DNA of 63,767 bases, filler included, from Octopus bimaculoides (Eukaryota): the NCBI RefSeq assembly GCF_001194135.2. It is 7 parts of 7 records of this genome, joined end to end, with 100 filler letters (N's around TTAATTAATTAA, not from the genome) between each part and the next. Parts side by side here need not be neighbours in the genome. Positions count along the whole stretch, not along the records: positions 32,677 to 40,127 come from NC_068994.1; positions 40,228 to 50,420 come from NC_068989.1; 5 more parts are not named here. One strand, given 5' to 3'. The position numbers and the translations under genes are program-made. Of this stretch, positions 36,875-48,437 are shown in pieces. The stretch's first letter is position 1. Each line of letters begins with the position of its first letter. The notes beneath the pieces were generated by a model. The model had not been told where the DNA came from. It saw only the letters and a program-made list of their open reading frames with translations, and made no database searches.

Positions 36875-37480
36875 TATTTATGAATACAATATATGTACTA
36901 TGTACATATATTTATATACATACGTACACACACATATATATATATATATGTANNNNNNNNNNNNNNNNNNNNNNNNNNNNNNNNNNNNNNNNNNNNNNNN
37001 NNNNNNNNNNNNNNNNNNNNNNNNNNNNNNNNNNNNNNNNNNNNNNNNNNNNNNNNNNNNNNNNNNNNNNNNNNNNNNNNNNNNNNNNNNNNNNNNNNNN
37101 NNNNNNNNNNNNNNNNNNNNNNNNNNNNNNNNNNNNNNNNNNNNNNNNNNNNNNNNNNNNNNNNNNNNNNNNNNNNNNNNNNNNNNNNNNNNNNNNNNNN
37201 NNNNNNNNNNNNNNNNNNNNNNNNNNNNNNNNNNNNNNNNNNNNNNNNNNNNNNNNNNNNNNNNNNNNNNNNNNNNNNNNNNNNNNNNNNNNNNNNNNNN
37301 NNNNNNNNNNNNNNNNNNNNNNNNNNNNNNNNNNNNNNNNNNNNNNNNNNNNNNNNNNNNNNNNNNNNNNNNNNNNNNNNNNNNNNNNNNNNNNNNNNNN
37401 NNNNNNNNNNNNNNNNNNNNNNNNNNNNNNNNNNNNNNNNNNNNNNNNNNNNNNNNNNNNNNNNNNNNNNNNNNNNNNNN

Positions 37481-37515
<35 letters not shown>

Positions 37516-37929
37516 CAGATCGTTATTATATAATATATATTATATATATCTGTATTATACATTACATATCTATCTATTATGCTACAAACATATACATTTA
37601 TCATATATGTATATATTTCTTTGGTTAAATATAGGTATTATATATTTCGTCATTTATTTACGTTAATATGGTTAAATATATTGTATTTATTGTGTTCTTA
37701 ACAAGGAACAATGTCTTTTAATCAAATGCTGAACTATGTAGAAAATTTTTGCTTATGTTAGAAGAACGGTATAAGTTGTTGTATTTTTCTGTTCTTTCTT
37801 TCTTTCTTTCTTTCTTTTTTTCTTTCTGTCTTTCTTTTTTCTTTCTTTCTTTCTTTTTTTCTTTCTTATTAAACAACGAAAACCACGCAGAAACAACAAC
37901 AAGAAACAAGAAACAAGAACAACAAGAAC

Positions 37930-38185
37930 AAGAACAACAATAACAACAGCAGCATTAATAATAATTGTAATAATAATAATAATAATAATAATAACAACAA
38001 TAATAATAATGATGATAATAATAATAATAGTAATAATAATAATAATAATAATAATCAAAGTAATAACAATAATGATTGTAGCAATAACAATAATATTAGT
38101 AATAACAAGTATAATAAAAATGATGATAGCAATAAGAACAACTACCACAACAACATTAATAATGATAATAACGACAATAATAATG

Positions 38186-38251
<66 letters not shown>
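37930..38251. repeat. (AAT)n microsatellite with AAC/GAT variants
   Basis: Long triplet array running into a gap; source of the poly-I ORFs. Confidence 0.95.
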
Positions 38252-38945
38252 NNNNNNNNNNNNNNNNNNNNNNNNNNNNNNNNNNNNNNNNNNNNNNNNN
38301 NNNNNNNNNNNNNNNNNNNNNNNNNNNNNNNNNNNNNNNNNNNNNNNNNNNNNNNNNNNNNNNNNNNNNNNNNNNNNNNNNNNNNNNNNNNNNNNNNNNN
38401 NNNNNNNNNNNNNNNNNNNNNNNNNNNNNNNNNNNNNNNNNNNNNNNNNNNNNNNNNNNNNNNNNNNNNNNNNNNNNNNNNNNNNNNNNNNNNNNNNNNN
38501 NNNNNNNNNNNNNNNNNNNNNNNNNNNNNNNNNNNNNNNNNNNNNNNNNNNNNNNNNNNNNNNNNNNNNNNNNNNNNNNNNNNNNNNNNNNNNNNNNNNN
38601 NNNNNNNNNNNNNNNNNNNNNNNNNNNNNNNNNNNNNNNNNNNNNNNNNNNNNNNNNNNNNNNNNNNNNNNNNNNNNNNNNNNNNNNNNNNNNNNNNNNN
38701 NNNNNNNNNNNNNNNNNNNNNNNNNNNNNNNNNNNNNNNNNNNNNNNNNNNNNNNNNNNNNNNNNNNNNNNNNNNNNNNNNNNNNNNNNNNNNNNNNNNN
38801 NNNNNNNNNNNNNNNNNNNNNNNNNNNNNNNNNNNNNNNNNNNNNNNNNNNNNNNNNNNNNNNNNNNNNNNNNNTATATATACATATATGTATATATATA
38901 ACATGAATACATATATGTATACATATGCACATATACATGTGTGTA

Positions 38946-39012
<67 letters not shown>

Positions 39013-39249
39013 TAGAAGCAAAAGTTTGACTGTGATCTTGAAGTTCTGGTTGAGTAACCATCGTCAGACAAGATTTCATACGTAGAATATTATTTTTAGA
39101 AATAGGCCTTTGAAGGTTAGTTGCATACTCCTTCACATTTTTATTCTTGGTATTATTTGTGCTGAATTTTATAGTCTAATCAGAGGAATTAGTTTTAGAA
39201 ATTTGTTCTTAGCGTTATTGTAATATTTCTTATGATGATGTTGACTGGA

Positions 39250-40085
39250 TATAGTCATATCCCCTCGATTGTTGGTTTTTACAGTTGATGTGTTCTGTTC
39301 CGCGACACATACAATTTTCTTGCTGCATCCTACCCTGCTAAACTCATCGTTATAATAATCCGCATATTTATTGAAATTTTCTCCATTTGCCTACAATCTA
39401 GAAATTCTATTAGAAAAATGTTTAATAATTGAATTAATTATGGTCCTAGGATGATTCGTACTTTTGTTAACGTAATGCAGGGTTTCATCCGGTTTATGAT
39501 ACGGATGAAAAAATGTCCAGTGTCTTATTAAAGCGTTACATCTGGGAAATTTGTTACCTCATGATTACTCTTAGTTGTAATAGGCCAATATTTTAAATTT
39601 TGTTTGAAAGTGCTTTCCTTGTTCTTTCTATTCCCGCATTACTATAACTGGAGAAAAGAAGTGCGTCATCCCTATATAGACCATTCATATTGTATGGGAA
39701 ATTCTATACAGACCATCCATATTGTATGGGAAATCCTGTTTTGAGTTATACACTGTAAATACCAACCAAATCAGTTATCTGTGCCGAATCACTGGACCCC
39801 ATTGTAATACCGAAATTATTAATTCTGTTCCTCCTAGTTTAAGTCTTATCATCGAGATCATTCACTGTCCGCCTAGCAGTAAGTATAATATCAACCTCCG
39901 TTCTAGACAGATTTGAGCGAATATCAGAGATTTATTTAGTAGGATAAGAGAAATATCAGAATAATAGCTATCTATATCTACATCGATAGATTTACATTTA
40001 CTTTCATTTTGAACATTCCTACACCTATAAATCACATCGACTGCATTTGTTCATAGATATAGGTTAAATCTAGATTTAAGGTCTA
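39250..40085 (-). mobile_element. Penelope-like element reverse transcriptase, decayed
   Basis: Minus strand across stops and frameshifts: DIDSYYSDISLILLNKSLIFA, FGITMGSSDSAQITDLVGIY, NGLYRDDALL, TNFPDVTL, HPYHKPDETLHYVNKSTNHPRTII, DYYN. These fit PLE RT motifs including GLYRDD. Confidence 0.9.
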
Positions 40086-40227
40086 ATATAATGTTAGCTA
40101 ATATATATATATATATATATATATATANNNNNNNNNNNNNNNNNNNNNNNNNNNNNNNNNNNNNNNNNNNNTTAATTAATTAANNNNNNNNNNNNNNNNN
40201 NNNNNNNNNNNNNNNNNNNNNNNNNNN

Positions 40228-42020
40228 CCTCAACTGTTCCAGCTTCTGAAGCAGTGGCTCGAGAGCCAGCACATACAGAAGAAATGACAGCGGGTATCCC
40301 TGACGGACCAAGCGTGCGAGGTGAAACGGTTCCGATATGTAGCTGTTTACTTTGACCACCGAGCAGGTGCTGCTGTAGTGAAACCTCTCTCTCGGGCATT
40401 CAATCATAAATGATAACGAAGCTGCTAACATCTAGCCTTCAGCTGCCTTGGACTCTTCTGTTCACCACCCTGATTGGTTCTTATTTGCGCGGCAATTGTC
40501 TCCAGTTCTGCTTCGCGCCAGGGTGCATACACCGTCCAATCGTGGCCTTCAGATAAGGTCACGTGAGAGAGAGTTTTTCTGCGTTTCCGGTGAGCCCTAT
40601 TTCACCTATAAATAAGCCCGCTCCAACGACGCCAGTCGTCTTCGATTTCAGTTCTCTCACAGGTCTGGTCGCTGACCACACATACAGAACACAGCTCCAG
40701 GCAGTTTACAGCGACGACGTCTTCACCACCTATGTACTGACTACCACAATGTCGTCGCCAGCAGCACCACCAGAGTACACACCAACATCAACCGCGGTTT
40801 TATCTCGACACTGTAAGAGTGGATTATTTCCACCACGAGCAACAGTCAGAACTAATCTGCGAGAATATTCTGTATCAGGTAACTGGTCACAGCATCGACG
40901 CTCAACACACATATTGTGATACCACAGCTCTGCTCCTTGGCCACAACTTCCTGCGTATGAACATACTATATCTTGTGTAACTCTTATACGAACTGGTTTT
41001 TCTGTATCTCAGTGTTTGAAGACTTTTTACAGTCTATGTTACAGATACTCTTTCTATGTTCTGTGTTCCTCTCACTCACACACACTTGTACTCTCACTTA
41101 TTGTACACACACTATTGCTTGTACGACGTGTCTGTCATTTCATATTGTTGTATACATACTCTTGTACACGAAGGCCTGACTTATCTACTGTGTTATTTAT
41201 ATATGCCGCATACACTATTGCTTATACGACTGTCCGTTATTTCACATTGTTGTATACATACTCTTGTACACGAAGGCCTGACTTATGTATTGTGTTATTT
41301 ATATATGCCGCATGCACACACACACAGACACTTCAGTTTCACTATGTTAATAAACTTACTCTCGTTATATATCTAACAGTTGTGTCTGCCACTCACTCTG
41401 TTCTTTTACTGGCACTTGGCTCGTATCTCTCACGACGAGCCTTCTATGTCATATATTATGTTTTTTGTGTTCGACCGTGCGGCGCGTTAAAAGGAGCCTT
41501 TTCCGTCTCGTCGCCATTCTCCTTTGGTTCGCACGGTCGTTCTATTACGCTGCAGTGCATTGCAGCGATCCGGGTCTGAAACCGGCTGCTTTCAAGTAGC
41601 GAAGGTCGACCCTATCGAATGCATTGCACTGATCCAAATTGATCAGGGCCCCACAGAAACCAGTTTTTGTCCCAACCCTCTCTATGATGTATTGCATAAG
41701 GTGGAGATTGTCGTGGATAAACCTGGTTGGGATTGCGCACGTTTCCGCTTTCCCGACCAGATTACCGACAACAAGCACCAACTTTTTGCTAACACCTTGG
41801 TCAAAATCTTAAACTATGTGTTTAGCAGAGTGATGGGCCGAAAATTCCCTTGAACGTCCTCATTGTTGGCGTCCTTTGTCAGCAATGCTACCACACCCCG
41901 GCTAACTGCATTAGGAATTCTCCCGTTCTGCTGCTAATTACGATAGACGTCTGCCAAGAGGCTGCCAAACAAATCTGGTATGAACACATAAAATTCATGG
42001 AATAAACCAGGCATGTCAAA
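40228..42020 (-). mobile_element. L1/Tx1-clade LINE reverse transcriptase fragment, split by a 1.18-kb insertion
   Basis: 41555-42020: LFHEFY..PDLFG..LADVY, CAIPTRFIHDNLHLM, LINLDQCNAFDRVD. 40228-40377: YSSTCSVVKVNSYISEPF...VRQGYPLSFLLYVLALEPLL. These are consecutive RT motifs. Confidence 0.9.
40374..41554 (+). mobile_element. Solo-LTR-like insertion
   Basis: Interrupts the LINE frame and has TG...CA ends (start 40374 or 40379). TATAAATA at 40607-40614, CAGT about 26 nt downstream, AATAAA near 41349, tandem duplication of about 102 bp at 41109-41312. The TSD is imperfect. Confidence 0.55.
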
Positions 42021-42464
42021 CTGAGGAGAGAGGCGATAGTCGGAGGGGGCCAAGTCAAGAGAGTAAGGTGGGCAGTTTACCAATTCGAAGCCAAAGTCGC
42101 GTATTTTCAATAGAGTTTCATATGCTATGTGTGCTGGTGCATTGTCATGCAAAAACGAGACACCACGGCTCAGCTTTCCGTGGCGTCTCTGGTTTAAGGT
42201 TTCCCCGCAGTTCGTCCAACAGAGAATGTAGTATTCTGCGTTAATGGTGCGACACTTTGGAAGGTGTTTTATGAGGAGTATTCTGTCTTTGTCCCAGAAC
42301 ACTGAAGCCAGATTCTTTCCAGCTGACTCATATACCTTCATGACTATTATATATCATCATCTAAATAGTTGTTCTTTTAAATAGTTGTTCTACATTCCGT
42401 GAAAAGATAACAGCTCTACCTCTTCACGATAACCTTAAAGCCAGGAACTTTCCAGCACCCCACG
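42020..42464 (-). mobile_element. Mariner (DD34D) transposon remnant, internally deleted
   Basis: ASVFWDKDRILL...FLHDNAPAH...CPPYSLDLAPSDY in ORF 41934-42341; 30-bp TIR at 42435-42464 with flanking TA at 42465-42466. Confidence 0.92.
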
Positions 42465-42822
42465 TAGTCAACGCTACGTCAGCATTCTCTTGCTTTTCGG
42501 ACAAGGAACACGTCCTATTATCAAACATTACAAATTGTTCTTTCTCCGCCATGTTTCAAAGTATTTGGAAAATAACAAAACATTTGCTTTTTCCAGATAG
42601 TTCAAGAGAGTTCAAAAATATTGATGTGCACTCCCTGCAAACCAGGGGGTGTCTCTAAACAGAGATACTACCAGCGCAGTCCAGGCAAAGTTAAAAACAA
42701 AGCTGTACCTATTAAAATGAATAAGTGGGGTATTAACCGGCCGAAAATATTGAGAACATTCTTACGACTTATGGAGCTCCAAGTTCTCGTATCTTTCCCG
42801 TATGGCGGCCAAAATAATAATA

Positions 42823-43101
42823 ACAGAAACAATTCCTATCATAGTAGGTGCCTTAGGTATAATAAAAAAAATATTCAGAAAAATACATAACAAAAATACC
42901 AGGACTTACAAATATATATAACATACAGAAAATTGCACTACTGGGTACTGCACACATTCTACGCAAAACACTTTCAATACAGTAAACATAAGAGCACCAC
43001 AACAAACCACAGCACATACCCAAGGCGCACAGAGCTGCGCTCGGTAGTGAAGTGAAAGCACGTTATAAAAATAAAACTACTGAACAATAATAATAATAAT
43101 A
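42823..43101 (+). mobile_element. R4/Dong-like (RLE-type) non-LTR element 3' end with (TAA)n tail
   Basis: TETIPIIVGALGII / KYITKIPGLTNIYNIQKIALLGTAHILRKTLSIQ* with one frameshift in an A run at about 42865-42871, then a 3' UTR ending in (AAT)n. Confidence 0.8.
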
Positions 43102-43196
43102 NNNNNNNNNNNNNNNNNNNNNNNNNNNNNNNNNNNNNNNNNNNNNNNNNNNNNNNNNNNNNNNNNNNNNNNNNNNNNNNNNNNNNNNNNNNNNNN

Positions 43197-43266
43197 AAAT
43201 AAAAAACTGTTTTCAGTATTTAAGGAAGCTGACAAATACAAACAAGAAATCATACTACCTAACAAA

Positions 43267-43297
<31 letters not shown>

Positions 43298-43478
43298 AAG
43301 AAGAAGAAGAAGAAGAAGAAGAAGAAAAGCTATAAAACAAATGAAACCCAAACTAAAACTAGAACAGCAACGGACCATGATAAAACGATGGCAAGAAAAG
43401 CCCCTTCATGGCAAATATTGGGCTAAACTAAATGCAAAAGAAATAGACAGAGAAAAATCTCAGCAACGGTTGAGATAA
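43197..43478 (+). mobile_element. R4/Dong-like ORF internal fragment with expanded (GAA)n
   Basis: IKRWQEKPLHGKYWAKLNAKEIDREKSQQRLR* resembles the W.EKPLHG..Y post-RT block of this clade. Confidence 0.7.
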
Positions 43479-43925
43479 ACAGTAGTACCAACATATAAAA
43501 TGCTACTTTCCAACAGTTTGAACTATTTATGCTTATAAAACAAAAGAAAAAAAAAAGACAAAGAAGAAAATTGTTCAATAGCGAAGAGTTTAAAGAAGTG
43601 TCGTATTCAGTAAACTATTTCAGTTGTCGCTTTTGTCTTTAATATCGGATTCCTGCAATACAATTCTATTATTATTCGCTTTTTGCATGTAAATATGCGT
43701 ACCATATCTCGCTTTCCTTCGTTATTCTAACGGAACCAAAATAAAATATTTCAACAAAATCACTTTTAAAGCTGTAAATAAATGTCTTTTAATATCACTT
43801 CCCACATTTTTTTGCCCTTAAAATATTCCCATATTCTGTCTTTTAGGTCATTTGAATTCTGCCTTCTCACGTTTGATGTTGTTTTTGGCATCCAAGTAAT
43901 TTTACCTGTAAGTATCAGTAAAATC

Positions 43926-45991
43926 TGTGAGGCTGAGGTGAGCCGGAAGTATAGGGTGAGATCATGGTGTCGGCAACAGAGGTCACAGGTCACCTAAAGA
44001 AGTTCGGACTAACTGTGAAACTGCAGGGGGCGATGGTAGGAGGGGCTGCAGAAATATTGGTATTTCGGAGAGGAAACACGATTCCGGAAATGAGCACCTG
44101 TGTGAACAGACAAGAACTGTTCTCCATGTATGGGAGACTGGCTGTTCACTATCCAATTGTAGAGTGACTCTGAATAGCTTGTAGTTACATCAAGAGACGA
44201 GCGGATGAGGCGAGCTGGGAGGTGGGGGAACAAAATGGCTGTAATGCGGGAGATGCTAGAGAGGATTAATGCGGAAGATCCAGTAAGAGGAAGCTGGTAT
44301 GTGCCTAAATTAGAGAATGGGGCCATACGATGCGATACTAGCCGCTAACTATAGGAGTCGTTCTAAAGGTGGAGGACACAACCTGGCTCAGGAAAACTGA
44401 TGATGCAACCACATCAACGTGGTTGAGTTGGACACAGTGCTTAAGGAAGTGAATCTGGCCTCGAAATGGGGGCTGCGTACTATCAAGATTCAGACCAATT
44501 GGGCTATTGTGCTTGGAAGGGTAGGATCAGTGATAACTGATGATAGAAGTGCATGAACGAAAGGATTGGCAAAAATGTTAATGAAGTGTCACCTCGGTAT
44601 TCTGGGAGAGCTAACTGCCGAATCTGATCTGAAATTGAGCGCGGTCTTTGTGCCCTCGAAAGAAATAAGGCGGGCGTCATAACCAGGGTGAAGAAAGCCT
44701 GGTTAGCAGAGCCAGAGGATTCGGAGTGGGAGACACCTACAGTATGTCGGCTAAGCGACTCGGGGTTGAGAAGACTGCATACCATGCATCATAGAGGAGT
44801 AGATAAGACCCTGTACCTCGCCAAGAATAGTTGGCTTCGACGTTACAAGACAGAGCATTCTGAAAATGATCGGGTTTGTGACAATCCGTCGACTCCGCTC
44901 TGGGTGTGCGCGAGATGAGAAACATCTCAGTGGAACACAGCTGGAAACGATTAGCAGTGGATGTGATACACTGCTGGCTGGGGATGTATCTCTTGATGGT
45001 CAACTGCAGATCGAGGCAGATGGCGATATAGAGGGAAATCAAGACGGGGACTGCAGATAAAGTTGCACGAGTCCTGAATGAGATATTCCTGGAGCGGGTT
45101 TTGTGGATGAGTTGCTCATGGACAAATATACTGTATTTTGCTCGGAAGTACCGAAGGAAATGTTTGGTAAGTGGAAGGTGAACCGCTTCTTCAAAGCGGC
45201 GTAAAGGCTGAGTAAAATTAGGATCGTAGAGAGACACCAACTTAAATCAAAATCATGGCAGAGAGGGGGACATGTCTCAACAATTGAAGCAGTATTTTTG
45301 TATAGTATGTCGCCTCGGTCAGGAAAGGCTGAGGAGTTGGTGCTACACAGAACGATATTCAGATACGAATGTAGACACCCGTGTACGGTATCAAAGCGAT
45401 CTGTGGGAGAGAGAACCTGCCTTCGTGCTGGTAGGGGATGAAGTGTGGGTAAAGCTCTCAAATGCGCGCTGTAAGTCTCGAAACGACATGTCTGTGAATA
45501 GAATGCCGCGTCATGTTTTGGATGACTGTAGGATTATCGATTCGTCGAATGAAGAAGGAGGAAGAGAGGATGCGAGCAGCGTTCCATCACTGCGGGGGTA
45601 ACAGCAAGTACGATGTCTGCCCAGGTGGATCGCGCATTTTGACATAGAATGAGGTGATGGGGGTGGGGGTGGAATCTTTGAGATAAGAGGTGCGTGTGGG
45701 GCTGGGGAGGACCGGAAGTATAGAGTCAGTGACGTCATGCGAACGGCCGAGGTGTCTTGTCGGAAGGAGAGGACCGAAAGAAGTCATGTGAGCCGAGGGA
45801 GACTAGCGTGGATCACTTTTGCTTTGGGATTGTCGCTTGGGACGGATATGGTGGCCACATGAGTGCAGAGAATTCGCCATTAGGTTCTGGCCAGAGGCTA
45901 TGCGGGTAGGGCTCCTATGATTATATCCCGGTTGGAAAGGATCGAGAGGAGTTGCGAGGTAGGCGAACTACGTTTTTTCCCCCATACCACA
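43926..45991 (+). mobile_element. Gypsy/Ty3-type LTR retrotransposon, internally deleted, exact 5-bp TSD
   Basis: AAATC at 43921-43925 and 45992-45996; TGTG...CACA ends. 3' LTR 45695-45991 follows a purine-rich tract. The 5' LTR stub shares CCGGAAGTATAG (43943 and 45712). Decayed pol includes RNase H (HINVVELDTVLK) and integrase (LHTMHHRGVDKT, WKRLAVDV, ELLMD, IVERH). Confidence 0.92.
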
Positions 45992-47006
45992 AAATCTAAA
46001 GGGAATCAATCAGTTATATGGCTACTGAGAATGTTTGATCTATTGAGGCTGGCATTAGACCGGTAACTATATTAATTTTCAAATATATTGAAATGATATG
46101 AATGATAATATGCTGCTTTGCGAAAAGAAAGAAAAAATTTTTAATAATCATTCACCTTTAGAAAAAAAAACAAACACTCCAATGAAAATTTTACCGCTAA
46201 CTTTGGGTATTCGTACTATTATATTAGTCCAAACCAAACCAAATAGATAAACAGTAGTACCGTGAGATGTGTGAATCGGGAGTAGAGAGAAAGAGAATAC
46301 AACATGAAATGAAGCTTCGAAACAGCAGTACCTAGCCAACTCAGGATGTATTGCTTGTCATTTTAGTATTTGAATCTGTTGACAGTGAACTCTACTTAAA
46401 AACGGTTAATATATGTTTATTTGAGCTTATACAGCTAGAATTTCGTGTTATACTAAAAAGTAAGCTGAGTGATTGTTTTGCACATTTAGAAGGGAATTTT
46501 TTTTCAGCTGTCATAATTATTCTTTCCTCTAGTGACAGCAGATTTTCCGGCAATGAGCAGTTATATTGGTCTTGATACAGCAACAATGAAACTTTTCACA
46601 TGAATGAAACGTTTGCTTTTCGTGAGAACCATTCAATTCCGTGTTCACTTATTTTCAGTGACAAGGTAAGCGAATACTGTATAGTGAAGTTCCTGGTAGG
46701 ACGAGTCCGCAACCTGGTTTCAATTGTTGTCTAAAATAAATTCACTTCGCTGTACGTTGTTAATGCTTTTAGGAAAACTGACATTCAATTTGTTAGTTGC
46801 TGACTTTATATTGTAGTTAATTTAGTTTTGAACCCCAAATCTTTTCAATAAACCTAAATAAATATCCAAATATAAAATGGTCGCAATATTTTTACACAAA
46901 CAAACTGGTTAGTAGTGCAGAGTAGAATTTAGTCCAAGGCTGAGTGTGTTCGCGATTCGGTATCGATTTAGTGCTGTATTACTTCATTCATAACATTGTA
47001 GAAAGT

Positions 47007-47208
47007 AGAGAGCTGGTAGAATCATAAACGTGTCGAATAAAATGTTTAGTGGAATTTCTGACGGTATTGGGTTAAAATTCTCCCGTGGTCAATAATGCCT
47101 TTCATCCTTTCGGGGTCGATAAAATAATTACCAGTCGAATACTGGAGTCGGTGTAATCGACTCACACCTCTCTTAAAATTTCTGGTCTTGTGCCAGAGTT
47201 TGAAACCA
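47007..47208 (+). mobile_element. SINE family B, diverged
   Basis: gagagctggtagaatc...gcctttcatcctttcggggtcgataaaataattaccag...ggtcttgtgcc. Confidence 0.85.
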
Positions 47209-47859
47209 TCCATGACGTTATCATCAATCCCTTAGTATCTGAACGTCCCTCAATCTCATTTCCGATACTAATAATTTTATGATTGTATGGTCAAAAACAT
47301 TTGCTTTACAGTTACGTTTTCCAGATTCACTCCTACTTCGCGGCACCTTGGGTTGACCCAGTCGTACAAGTGAAACTAGGTTAAAGGAAACTGTGTGGAA
47401 GCCTGTTGGATGAATTGTATTTGTCCTTAGGTATTATACATCACCTGATCTAACACGTAGTTTAACTCTTGGTCTTAAGATACCTTAAAAGTAGTATTCC
47501 CTCTGTTGCATTCATTTGGAATATATCTGTGGGTTGAGGATTACTTATAAGTTGTGGTTTATTCCTCTTATGTTTCATCAATTTCCGAGACGTAAAAAAG
47601 AAAAAAGCCATGAGTGCTGTTCTTCCACTTTTGGTGTAGCCATAAAAAATTCATTGAAAATTTGCAAGGCGGAAAAAAATTTCCTAAAATCTATCGGTGG
47701 TGAGATAGTAAAATCTGTGTCAGTGTGCGCATTTGTTCACTGTTTCCGATATGGCTCTACGTCGAGTAAGCAATGGGCAGGGAGCTTCTCTTTTGAATAA
47801 AAAGTACACCACTCATAGCAAGAAACAAACAAGCCTCTGTATAGACAAACACTCGGCAT

Positions 47860-47995
47860 GTTAGAAATAGCTGTGAAATCTTCCTCTAATCTTACCCTAC
47901 CGTCTTAAAAAAGAGAATGACTCATTGTAATTCTAAATAAATATGATCGAAAATAAAAAGACAGGATGGTCACGACTAGAATGTCTTTGATTAGT
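47860..47995 (+). mobile_element. Dispersed repeat family D
   Basis: tagaaatagc...accctaccgtcttaaaaaa...ggatggtcacgactagaatgtctttgat. Further copies near 13785, 36440, 55630 (minus) and 63110. Confidence 0.65.
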
Positions 47996-48399
47996 GATTA
48001 CTTTTTCTTCACAATGCTCTTTTCCTAATATCCTTTCCTTATATTTAAAGGTCGCCACATTATTTTAGCTTCAATGTCTCTTTTCAAAACGAGGTTGTTT
48101 ACATCATGTTTTTTTCTTGTGCTCTTTGTTACTTCTGCCATCTTTTTTCTCTTTCTCACTCACTGTTTCTTTTGAAATTTTGTTTCGTCTCCGTGCAATT
48201 ACAGCTCCATCTCTGGGGACGTTAATTTTGTCAGTTCTAGTTTTCTAGCGTGAGACATAATGACCGCATATGTTGAGTTTGTTGACACGAATCGTTTGAG
48301 ATATATATCAATGTCTTATGTGGAACACGTACACAGTAACATACACACAAGCACTCTCACACACACAGTAACATACAAACAAGCACTCACACGCACGCG

Positions 48400-48437
<38 letters not shown>

